DNA of 16,328 bases from Hadesarchaea archaeon (GCA_030619825.1 JAUXAS010000011.1:1-16328); one strand, 5' to 3'. Shown: positions 8,232 through 15,484, counted from the stretch's first letter. Program-made: numbers and translations. Notes: a model not told the origin generated them from the letters alone.

Positions 8232-9181
8232 AGTCTGGTGGGGGGGCATCAGCGAAATTACTCAGGAGAAAGCGCGTGAGCGTGCCCGTGATAGCAGTCA
8301 CCGGTGGGAAGGGCGGCACAGGCAAAACCACGGTTGCGGTGAATTTAGCCGTGGGGCTGAGCATGAAAGGTTCCAAGGTCATGTTGGTTGACGCAGATGT
8401 TGATGGCCCTTGTTGCGCGATGTTGCTTGGAGCAGAGTTGGACGCCGGCGAAGAGGTTAGAATGTTTAAGCCGGTGATAGATGCGGCGAAGTGCACCAAG
8501 TGTGGAAAGTGTGTGGATGTCTGTCGGGAACATGCGTTGGTGGGTCTTGAGGGGCAAGTCCCATCACTTTTCGAAGAACTTTGCTCCGGGTGCAAAGCGT
8601 GCCACCTCGTCTGTGAAGTTGACGCCATAAAGAGCGGTCAGAAAGTTCTCGGTACTATCTACATCACAGATTCAAATGGGATTAAACTGGTGGTGGGCGA
8701 ACTCAAGCCGACTGAGCCGAGGTCGCCGATCGTGGCGCGTGCGACCATGCTCAGAGCCGCTGAGGAGCTTGAGCATGACAAATACGATGTCGCAATCGTC
8801 GACACCGCTCCGGGAATTCATAACGTGGTGGCTCAAGCCCTTTGGGAAGCCGACCTAGCGCTGGCTGTGACCGAGCCGACCCCACTTGGAGCTCACGATC
8901 TGGGGTTCATGTTAGATCTCACTGAGGAACTGGGGCTGCCGACTGAGGTCATCCTGAACAAGGCCGACATCCCGGGCGGTTTAAAGGACGAGGTGGTGAA
9001 GACAAGCCGCGATCGGGGGGTCGGGATCGTTGCGGAGATACCGATGGACGAAGAGCTGTTGCGCTCATACGTTTCGGGTGAACCGCTTGTGAGAAAATCC
9101 CCCAAGAGTCCCGCGGGGGTTGCACTATTAGCTCTGGTTCCGCACATTCGTGAAATGTTTGTAAAAGGAGGTGAAACCTGA
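8228..9181 (+). CDS. Second COG1149 ferredoxin-inserted P-loop ATPase (start may be GTG 8276)
   Basis: GGKGGTGKTT, DADVD, CTKCGKCVDVC, CSGCKACHLVC, DTAPG, VTEPTPLG, LNK; ATGA overlap at 8228, alternative AGGAG + GTG 8276. Confidence 0.92.
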   Translation: MKSGGGASAKLLRRKRVSVPVIAVTGGKGGTGKTTVAVNLAVGLSMKGSKVMLVDADVDGPCCAMLLGAELDAGEEVRMFKPVIDAAKCTKCGKCVDVCREHALVGLEGQVPSLFEELCSGCKACHLVCEVDAIKSGQKVLGTIYITDSNGIKLVVGELKPTEPRSPIVARATMLRAAEELEHDKYDVAIVDTAPGIHNVVAQALWEADLALAVTEPTPLGAHDLGFMLDLTEELGLPTEVILNKADIPGGLKDEVVKTSRDRGVGIVAEIPMDEELLRSYVSGEPLVRKSPKSPAGVALLALVPHIREMFVKGGET

Positions 9182-9420
9182 TGGCGCAACCACCCATCCC
9201 ACCACCGCTGCCAACTAAAAAGTTTCAATGTTTTGCCTGCGGGAACATCATAGAGGTACCCCGGGGCATGCCTAAGCCAGCGGCATGTCCTAGATGCGGT
9301 GCTCCGCTCATGGCGATTCATCGCGTGGACAAGGGGCCGCCAGGTGGAAGAGGCGCGGGAAGGCGCGGTGCTGGTGGCCCCGGCGGAGGGCGCGGCAGGG
9401 GGCCACGTTGGTCTCAGTAG
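9181..9420 (+). CDS. Small zinc-ribbon/rubredoxin-like protein with Pro-rich head and Gly/Arg-rich tail
   Basis: CFAC-x15-CPRC; tail GGRGAGRRGAGGPGGGRGRG; RBS GGAGGTGA; TGATG coupling to the upstream ATPase. Confidence 0.82.
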   Translation: MAQPPIPPPLPTKKFQCFACGNIIEVPRGMPKPAACPRCGAPLMAIHRVDKGPPGGRGAGRRGAGGPGGGRGRGPRWSQ

Positions 9421-9450
9421 GCTTAGCCTCATTGAGATTTGAGATGCTGA

Positions 9451-9471
9451 GTTAATCTAGGTTAATCTAGA
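9451..9471. promoter_or_regulatory. 10-bp tandem repeat forming a DtxR-box-like near-palindrome
   Basis: GTTAATCTAG x2; contains TCTAGG-TTAA-TCTAGA (9456-9471), same TAGG-N4-yCTA geometry as the 1829-1850 operator; upstream of the ZIP gene. Confidence 0.5.
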
Positions 9472-9522
9472 GGAAAAAATCAGGTGAAAAATTAAAAACA
9501 GAACTTGAAGGAGGAAAGCTGA

Positions 9523-10248
9523 ATGAACGATCTTTTGTTAATACTGTTCTTGATCTTTGTTGGGCAAACCCTAGGATCGTTGATAGGTCTCATCAAAAAA
9601 CTAGGCAAAGTCGCTTTATACGGCTCTTTATCTTTTGCTGCGAGTATGATGGTCGCCATATCCTTTCTTCAGCTGATACCAGAAGGCTTAAAATACACGC
9701 CTTTATTTTTGATAGCAATCTCGTTTTTCGTTGGGATAGCGATAATGCGGATAGTGGATCGTTTGCTACCTCACATCAATCCTGAGCTAATTAAAAAAGA
9801 AAAGCCCTCTATTGAGAGAAGCGTCACCATGTTGGTCATCGGCATAGCCTTGCACAATATTCCAGAAGGTTTGGCAATCGGGGTTGGTTTTGCGGTAACT
9901 GCGGAATTGGGAATCGCTATTGCGTTAGCCATTGCAATTCAAGATCTTCCGGAAAACGTTGCGACAATTGTTCCATTATACGGTTTGATCAAGAAAAAAG
10001 CGAAGTCATTTATCATCCTTATTACCACGGTACTGTTCGAGGTAGCTGGATTTCTCATAGGATATTTAGCCTTGGGAGGAGCATCGTTGAGCTGGCTGGG
10101 GGCTTCACTGGCGCTTGCAGCAGGATTTATGGTTTACATCTCTGTCGAGGAATTGATACCTTCAGCACAGGTAAAGACGTACCCCAAAATGGCGGCGGCG
10201 GCAATGGTTTTAGGTGTGATGTGTGTTCTATTAACAAGTTTGATATGA
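9523..10248 (+). CDS. ZIP (ZupT/GufA) family divalent metal transporter
   Basis: Multiple TM helices; IALHNIPEGLAIG, AIAIQDLPE, AAGFMVYISVEELIP; RBS GGAGG. Confidence 0.93.
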   Translation: MNDLLLILFLIFVGQTLGSLIGLIKKLGKVALYGSLSFAASMMVAISFLQLIPEGLKYTPLFLIAISFFVGIAIMRIVDRLLPHINPELIKKEKPSIERSVTMLVIGIALHNIPEGLAIGVGFAVTAELGIAIALAIAIQDLPENVATIVPLYGLIKKKAKSFIILITTVLFEVAGFLIGYLALGGASLSWLGASLALAAGFMVYISVEELIPSAQVKTYPKMAAAAMVLGVMCVLLTSLI

Positions 10249-10303
10249 TTAAATCGGTGAAAGAGAAATTAGGAAGAAGTCTTGGATAATTCGGTGAATA
10301 AAA

Positions 10304-11143
10304 ATGAAAACCTATCTAGATTGCATTCCGTGCTTCGTGAGGCAGGCTTGGGAAGCGAGCAAGATGGCTACGGGGAACAAAATTAAACAGGAAAAAACAT
10401 TAAAGGCGGTTTTATCGGAGCTGGAGAAGACTTCATTAAAAAATAAGATACCGCCGCAGATCGCTCGCAAGGTTCATCGCATAGTCAGGGAGGTAACAAA
10501 AAACAATGACCCTTACAAGAAAGTGAAAGATAAATACAACAGAAAAGCTCTAAAAATGTATCCAAGTCTTAAACGAAAGGTCGCCAAGTCTAAAGATAGA
10601 TTGCTAACGGCAACGAGGCTTGCTATAGCTGGAAATATCATCGACTTCGGGCCCGGTTCGAAATTCGATCTCGAGAAAACTATAGAAGATGTTTTAGCTC
10701 AGGATTTCGCGATAAATCATTTTAACCAGTTTAGAAAAATGTTGAACAGTTCTAAAAAAATTTTATATCTGGGAGACAATGCAGGTGAAATTGTTTTTGA
10801 CCGCATTCTCCTAGAAGAATTGAAGGATAAAGAGATCACATTTGTCGTCAAGGGAGGGCCCATCATTAATGATGCAACGGTTGAGGATGCGAGGTTCGTA
10901 GGGATAGACAAAATTGCGAAGATTGAAGTGGTTAGCAACGGTGATCCCGACACGGGACCAGCTAGACGGTCGAAGGAATTTATCAACAAACTGAAAGACG
11001 CGGATCTCGTGATCAGCAAGGGGCAAGGCAACTACGAGGCCTTAAGTGAAGTGGATGCAGATATCTTCTTCTTACTCAAGGTGAAGTGCCCATTGATTGC
11101 TAGGGATATAGGTGCTAAGGTCGGCAATATCATAATAAAATGA
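10304..11143 (+). CDS. DUF89 / ARMT1-like damage-control phosphatase (subfamily I-like)
   Basis: N-terminal DCIPC, DPY, AIAGNIIDF, GDNAGEIVFD, PIINDAT, ISKGQGNYE, KVKC. Confidence 0.93.
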   Translation: MKTYLDCIPCFVRQAWEASKMATGNKIKQEKTLKAVLSELEKTSLKNKIPPQIARKVHRIVREVTKNNDPYKKVKDKYNRKALKMYPSLKRKVAKSKDRLLTATRLAIAGNIIDFGPGSKFDLEKTIEDVLAQDFAINHFNQFRKMLNSSKKILYLGDNAGEIVFDRILLEELKDKEITFVVKGGPIINDATVEDARFVGIDKIAKIEVVSNGDPDTGPARRSKEFINKLKDADLVISKGQGNYEALSEVDADIFFLLKVKCPLIARDIGAKVGNIIIK

Positions 11144-11167
11144 TGCTTGGCTCACTAGGCGATCAGG

Positions 11168-12355
11168 ATGTTAGGAGTCAAGGCCGAAGCCATCACCGCG
11201 GAAGAAATGGCCAAGGTGGATCGAAAAGCAGCGGAATTCGGGATTCCTAGCATCCTGCTCATGGAAAACGCCGGGGGCGTTGTCGCAAGGATCATAACAG
11301 AAAAATTCGGTACCAAATTGAAGGTGGTAGTCTTTGTTGGCACGGGCAACAATGGCGGGGATGGGCTCGTCGCTATCAGACACTTGATGAGTAAAAGGGC
11401 CAAAGTAAATGTCTTCTTGATCGGGGATCCGGGGGATATCCGTACTGAAGAAGCGCACCTGAACTGGAATGTGATACAAAAAATGAGGCAAAATGTCAAG
11501 ATCCATGTGGTTAAAAGCATTCCTGACCTTAAGGGGGTAGCGCGCTACCTAAAGCGTGCAGATGTGATTATCGATGCTATGCTCGGAACTGGCCTAAAGG
11601 GTCCGCTCAGGGAGCCTTTCGCTTCCGCGGCGCGCTTGGTGAACGTGTCGAAGGTTCCCGTAGTTTCGGTAGACGCGCCCACCGGGTTGGATCCATCGAC
11701 CGGCGAGGTACACGGGGTCGCGGTCAAGGCAACTTGCACTGTGACTTTTCACAGGATGAAAATGGGATTTCTCAAGGCGAAGGGGTACGTGGGCGAGGTC
11801 ATAGTGGCCGATATCGGGATCCCGCCGGAAGTCGAGGCTGCAGCCATCGGCAAGCGCCGGCGTTTACGGTGGAGAGTTGGGGAAGCACCGAAAGAAATCC
11901 CGAAGTTAGTGAGTGCGTGTCTTCTAGGAGTTAACTGTAGGTACAATGGTCAAAACAACCTTAACGAGAAAGTAATGCAGCTAGCCGCGAAGGAAGTGTT
12001 GATCCCCGTCTGCCCCGAGCAGCTCGGTGGGCTTGGAACTCCTCGGGAGCCCATGGGGATAATCGGCGGAGGTGGTTCTGAGGTCTTGGATGGAAAGGCG
12101 AGGGTCATAAATGAGAGCGGCAGGAACGTGACTGAAAACTTAGCAAGAGGTGCCGAAGAGGTTTTGAAAATCGCGAGGTCGTTAGGCGTAAAGGGGGCTA
12201 TCTTGAAGGCGAGGAGCCCCTCATGCGGCTGCGGGAAAATTCACGATGGGACGTCCCCCAGCAGGTTGGTCAAGGGGGACGGGGTCACGGCCGCTTTGTT
12301 GAAGAGGAATGGCATCCAGGTAGTCACGGAGGACGATCTTGATAGAATAATATGA
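11168..12355 (+). CDS. nnrE: Fusion: NAD(P)H-hydrate epimerase (YjeF_N/NnrE) + DUF523 (TudS-like thiouracil desulfidase)
   Basis: aa 1-~220: LMENAG, GTGNNGGDG, IIDAMLGTG, SVDAPTG, TVTF, DIGIP; aa ~247-395: LVSACLLGVNCRYNG, VCPEQLGGLGTPRE, LKARSPSCG, GDGVTAALL. Confidence 0.88.
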   Translation: MLGVKAEAITAEEMAKVDRKAAEFGIPSILLMENAGGVVARIITEKFGTKLKVVVFVGTGNNGGDGLVAIRHLMSKRAKVNVFLIGDPGDIRTEEAHLNWNVIQKMRQNVKIHVVKSIPDLKGVARYLKRADVIIDAMLGTGLKGPLREPFASAARLVNVSKVPVVSVDAPTGLDPSTGEVHGVAVKATCTVTFHRMKMGFLKAKGYVGEVIVADIGIPPEVEAAAIGKRRRLRWRVGEAPKEIPKLVSACLLGVNCRYNGQNNLNEKVMQLAAKEVLIPVCPEQLGGLGTPREPMGIIGGGGSEVLDGKARVINESGRNVTENLARGAEEVLKIARSLGVKGAILKARSPSCGCGKIHDGTSPSRLVKGDGVTAALLKRNGIQVVTEDDLDRII

Positions 12356-12375
12356 AAGGAAGGTCTTTCACGTAG

Positions 12376-12843
12376 TTACACCTTCCCCTCCAGCCAGCCA
12401 ATTTTGACGTTGTTTTTCTGATCAAACTTCGGGACATATGGTTTGATGTCTAGAAGAGGGGTGCCGTCGAGCATGTCGATACCCCTCACCTTCAAGATAT
12501 TTCCCTTGCGTTCCAACAGCTCCACGATAGTGAGCCCTATTGGATTTGGCCTGTTCGGGGATCTCGTGGCGAAAAGTCCGCGCGGGGTATCATCCAGATA
12601 AGGTTTTACCAGAAGCCCAAACGAATTTAGGTAATGTTCTTTTTTTACCGAGCGCTTGACAGATTTGTGAAACATGTATAAAATTATGAGGTGAGAAAAA
12701 CCCTCGACATCTTTCAGCCCTCCCTCGTACTCCTTAAAAACTTCGATTTCGCCGACTTCCTTTGATTTGTAAGCTTGGTGAGGCGCTTCCCCGTCCTTTT
12801 TGTATGGTGTGTGGATTATCCCTATAGGTTTTAATCTCCTCAT
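12376..12843 (-). CDS. tsaA: tRNA (N6-threonylcarbamoyladenosine(37)-N6)-methyltransferase TrmO/TsaA-like (single domain)
   Basis: PIGIIHTPY, GLKDVEGFSHL, RGLFATRSPNRPNPIGL, DMLDGTPLLDIKPY; ATG 12843 overlaps the stop of the upstream gene (ATGA). Confidence 0.92.
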   Translation of the reverse strand: MRRLKPIGIIHTPYKKDGEAPHQAYKSKEVGEIEVFKEYEGGLKDVEGFSHLIILYMFHKSVKRSVKKEHYLNSFGLLVKPYLDDTPRGLFATRSPNRPNPIGLTIVELLERKGNILKVRGIDMLDGTPLLDIKPYVPKFDQKNNVKIGWLEGKV

Positions 12844-13487
12844 TCTATCACCAGCCCCACACCACACCTCACGTATTGTTTCGGGAACGCGTGCGCTAAC
12901 TCCCTTTTGTATGATGTACAGTGGCAGGGGGAAATCAATTTAACGCCTTTTAGAAGGGCGAAATCACTAAATCCGTGGAAACCTCCAATAACGCCGTAAA
13001 TATTGCCAAACTTTGATGCCACATTCATGATGTCATGCACTCCGGAGTGGGAGCAGCCGGTGATCATAAACACGCCTCTTTTGTCCAAACAAATTAACGA
13101 TTGTTCTTTGATGTAAGTGCCCAACCCACCTGTTGTGAACACGCCTTCGCGTATCCACATCGGTTTCCGGACATCAACCAGCTTTGGTTTCGCGGGGATT
13201 TGGTTTTTTAATGCAGTATAAAACGATGGCAGGACATACACGGAAATATCCTGATCCTCTTCAAGCAGGTCCGATAAACCACCGGTGTGATCCCCATGTC
13301 CGTGCGACAATACAACAGATTCTATGTTGCTCAGATTGATGTCCAATTTCTTCATATTGTGTAACAAGGCTACGCCATCGCCACCCGTGTCAAATAAAAT
13401 GTCATTATTAATTAAACAGGAAAAACCCCAGCCCGCCGTCAATCCCCTCTTTGACACTTCGTTGTCGTAAACTACTGTTATTTTCAT
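12840..13487 (-). CDS. Second MBL-fold metallo-hydrolase (COG1237)
   Basis: MKITVVYDN, WGFS, LFDTG, LSHGHGDHTGG, TGCSHSG, GGFH, PCHCT; ATG 13487 with AGGAG RBS. Confidence 0.9.
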   Translation of the reverse strand: MKITVVYDNEVSKRGLTAGWGFSCLINNDILFDTGGDGVALLHNMKKLDINLSNIESVVLSHGHGDHTGGLSDLLEEDQDISVYVLPSFYTALKNQIPAKPKLVDVRKPMWIREGVFTTGGLGTYIKEQSLICLDKRGVFMITGCSHSGVHDIMNVASKFGNIYGVIGGFHGFSDFALLKGVKLISPCHCTSYKRELAHAFPKQYVRCGVGLVIE

Positions 13488-13524
13488 GCCCGCGAGTCTC
13501 CTTTCGTAATTTTGTACAGTAAAG

Positions 13525-13532
13525 TTTATATA
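13525..13532. promoter_or_regulatory. Putative bidirectional TATA box
   Basis: TTTATATA on + (AAAG upstream) and TATATAAA on -; roughly 25 bp from the RBS of each divergent gene. Confidence 0.6.
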
Positions 13533-13534
13533 CA

Positions 13535-13556
13535 ATTATGTGCATATGCTCATAAT
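13535..13556. promoter_or_regulatory. Operator palindrome (TGTGC-N4-GCACA family), copy 4
   Basis: ATTATGTGCATATGCTCATAAT, 22-bp palindrome with one mismatched pair; core TGTGC-ATAT-GCTCA. Confidence 0.8.
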
Positions 13557-13569
13557 GGAGATGAAGAAA

Positions 13570-14064
13570 ATGGCTTACGGTCAGGGAGGTTGGAGAAGAA
13601 GGAACATGTATTACCTCACCGGTGTGCCGGGATGGATGAGGTTCGGATATTCACCGGGATGGGTAGGCAGAAGTCCAACAGGATTGTCGCCAACCGCGCA
13701 ATACTTGATGCAGGCTGGGCAGGTGCCTCAACCTTACCCAGCACAAGTACCAGCACAAATTTCAGTTCCCACTCATGGGGACTGCGCTAATTTCAGGGAT
13801 GGGTTCTGCACATTAAACGGTGCCGCCGTGGATCCTAGCGCCCCCGTGTGTCCAAGCTTCACACCGCAAAGTTCCACTCCAATACCACAGGCACCGCCAA
13901 CGCAACCCATGTTCCAAGTACCCGTCGGTTCTCCTCCAGCGCAAATGTCTCAGGTACCCAAAGAACAGGAGATTCAGATGTTAGAGGGTCAATCAAGAAT
14001 GGTGGAGCAACAACTAGAACAGATCAAGAAAAGGCTTGAAGAACTCAAAAAGGAGGTGAAATGA
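13570..14064 (+). CDS. DUF5320 family protein with inserted His/Cys motif
   Basis: GGWRRRNMYYLTGVPGWMRFGYSPGW head; P/Q-rich; C-terminal KEQEIQMLEGQ...LEQIKKRLEEL; ATG 13570 with GGAG RBS (earlier in-frame starts lie in the operator or RBS). Confidence 0.87.
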   Translation: MAYGQGGWRRRNMYYLTGVPGWMRFGYSPGWVGRSPTGLSPTAQYLMQAGQVPQPYPAQVPAQISVPTHGDCANFRDGFCTLNGAAVDPSAPVCPSFTPQSSTPIPQAPPTQPMFQVPVGSPPAQMSQVPKEQEIQMLEGQSRMVEQQLEQIKKRLEELKKEVK

Positions 14065-14504
14065 TGCCGTTCGGCTGGGGAAGAGGATTTGGTAGAGGAT
14101 TCGGATGGGGGGGCAACCCCTACGTCTGCGCACGTTTCCCATGGCTTCCGAGGCGGTGGTGGACCGGAATGTACGGCCCCATGACACCTTTTACGGGAGC
14201 ACCGGGGATGCCCTACACGCCGTATGGCCAATATGGCACGTACGCAACGTCAGCCCCAACAGCTGCACCATGGACAAATACACCGTACTACGCGCCACCC
14301 TACAGCACGTATGCACCACCAACCACAGCAATGCCGAGCATGACCTATCCATCGCCATATGCACCATCACCTTACCCAACAGGCGCGGAGATCCCTCAAA
14401 TTCCGAAGGAACAAGAAAGACAAATGCTTGAGGGTCAGGCGACAGCGCTCCAGCAGCAATTGGACCAGATCAAGAAGAGGCTTGAAGAGCTCAGCAAAAT
14501 GTAG
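14061..14504 (+). CDS. DUF5320-like protein (Gly/Arg/Trp head, Pro/Tyr/Thr-rich middle, coiled coil); start 14061 or 14064
   Basis: GWGRGFGRGFGWGGNPYVCARFPWLPRRWW; C-terminal KEQERQMLEGQ...LDQIKKRLEEL; RBS AGGAGGTGA. Confidence 0.85.
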   Translation: MMPFGWGRGFGRGFGWGGNPYVCARFPWLPRRWWTGMYGPMTPFTGAPGMPYTPYGQYGTYATSAPTAAPWTNTPYYAPPYSTYAPPTTAMPSMTYPSPYAPSPYPTGAEIPQIPKEQERQMLEGQATALQQQLDQIKKRLEELSKM

Positions 14505-14596
14505 GGCTCCAACAGCCTTATCAGCGAGTTCGACAACTGGGGCGAAGAGTACTACAATACGTGTAGCCTCATCAAATCAGATAGACAAATACTTAT

Positions 14597-14610
14597 TGTG
14601 CAATCGCCGA
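14597..14610. promoter_or_regulatory. Putative operator (TGTGC-N4-GCACA family), copy 5, degenerate
   Basis: TGTGCAATCGCCGA, 11/14 match to the 5701 site, directly after AT-rich AAATACTTAT and upstream of mrp. Confidence 0.5.
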
Positions 14611-14623
14611 AAAGGAATTTTGA

Positions 14624-15484
14624 ATGGGAGTGAAGCAAGTGGAAGGAAGGATGAAAGAAATAAAGGAGCAGGAGAAGCGCATCAAAATACGGATGGCCAA
14701 AATCAAGCATAAACTGGTGATACTGAGTGGAAAGGGCGGAGTCGGCAAGAGTACTATCACCGCTAATTTAGCCATCGCATTGGCACGCAAGGGTCACAAG
14801 GTGGGTGTTTTAGATATTGACATTCACGGCCCAAGCATCCCCAAAATACTCGGCATAAGGGGGCAGGAGTTGACCGCAGGGCGGCTTGAAGGCGTGGGCA
14901 TCTTCCCGGCCAAAGGACCGCTCGACATCAAAGTCATCTCTATGGATTTCTTGCTTCCGAGCGATGAAACTCCAGTCATCTGGCGCGGCCCCATGAAGAT
15001 GGGCGTGATCAGGCAGTTTCTGGCGGACGTAGCATGGGACAACCTAGATTTTCTGCTTGTAGATGTACCTCCAGGCACTGGCGATGAACCCCTTAGCTTG
15101 ATGCAGTTGTTGCCCTGCATCGACGGCGTTATTATCGTGACTGCTCCTTCTGAGGTTTCCCAAATCGTCGTCAAGAGGGCCGTCGGATTTACAAGAGAGT
15201 TGCACGTGCCTGTGCTAGGTATCGTTGAAAACATGAGTGGGTTCGTTTGTCCAAAGTGCGGGGCAGAAGTTGATATTTTTGGGAGCGGGGGAGGTCAAAA
15301 AATAGCGGGAGAACTGGGAGTGCAATTCCTCGAAAGGATTCCAATCGATTCAAAGATATGCGAGGATTCAGACAGAGGAGCACCCTTCATCATCGAGCAT
15401 GCCGAAACTCCAGCAGCCAAGGCCTTCATGCGAGTGGTGGACAAAGTGGAGGGGTATTTAGAACAACAGGGAGTGCAGGCTTGA
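14624..15484 (+). CDS. mrp: Mrp/NBP35 (ApbC) Fe-S cluster carrier ATPase
   Basis: SGKGGVGKST, DIDIHGPS, IWRGP, DVPPGTGDE, VENMSGFVCPKCG; start could be ATG 14651. Confidence 0.95.
   Translation: MGVKQVEGRMKEIKEQEKRIKIRMAKIKHKLVILSGKGGVGKSTITANLAIALARKGHKVGVLDIDIHGPSIPKILGIRGQELTAGRLEGVGIFPAKGPLDIKVISMDFLLPSDETPVIWRGPMKMGVIRQFLADVAWDNLDFLLVDVPPGTGDEPLSLMQLLPCIDGVIIVTAPSEVSQIVVKRAVGFTRELHVPVLGIVENMSGFVCPKCGAEVDIFGSGGGQKIAGELGVQFLERIPIDSKICEDSDRGAPFIIEHAETPAAKAFMRVVDKVEGYLEQQGVQA

Noticed and set aside
6079..9181. Nitrogen fixation (nif) cluster suggested by NifB/NifX domains and P-loop Fe-S ATPases
   Set aside because: No nifH/D/K/E/N or radical-SAM NifB motifs in the window; these families are common in non-diazotrophs
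9418..9430. TAGGCTTAGCCTC, a short inverted repeat at the zinc-ribbon stop, considered as a terminator or DtxR-like site
   Set aside because: Only a 4-bp stem, no T-tract, and the wrong spacer for the DtxR box
10245..10289. 14-codon mini-ORF MIKSVKEKLGRSLG coupled (ATGA) to the ZIP stop
   Set aside because: Too short, no motif, expected by chance
14505..14633. Frame stays open for 42 codons after the TAG of the 14061 gene (GSNSLISEFDNWGEEYYN...), suggesting amber readthrough or a gene remnant
   Set aside because: The paralogue ends at nearly the same position, the extension crosses the mrp promoter motif, and there is no evidence of pyrrolysine machinery here
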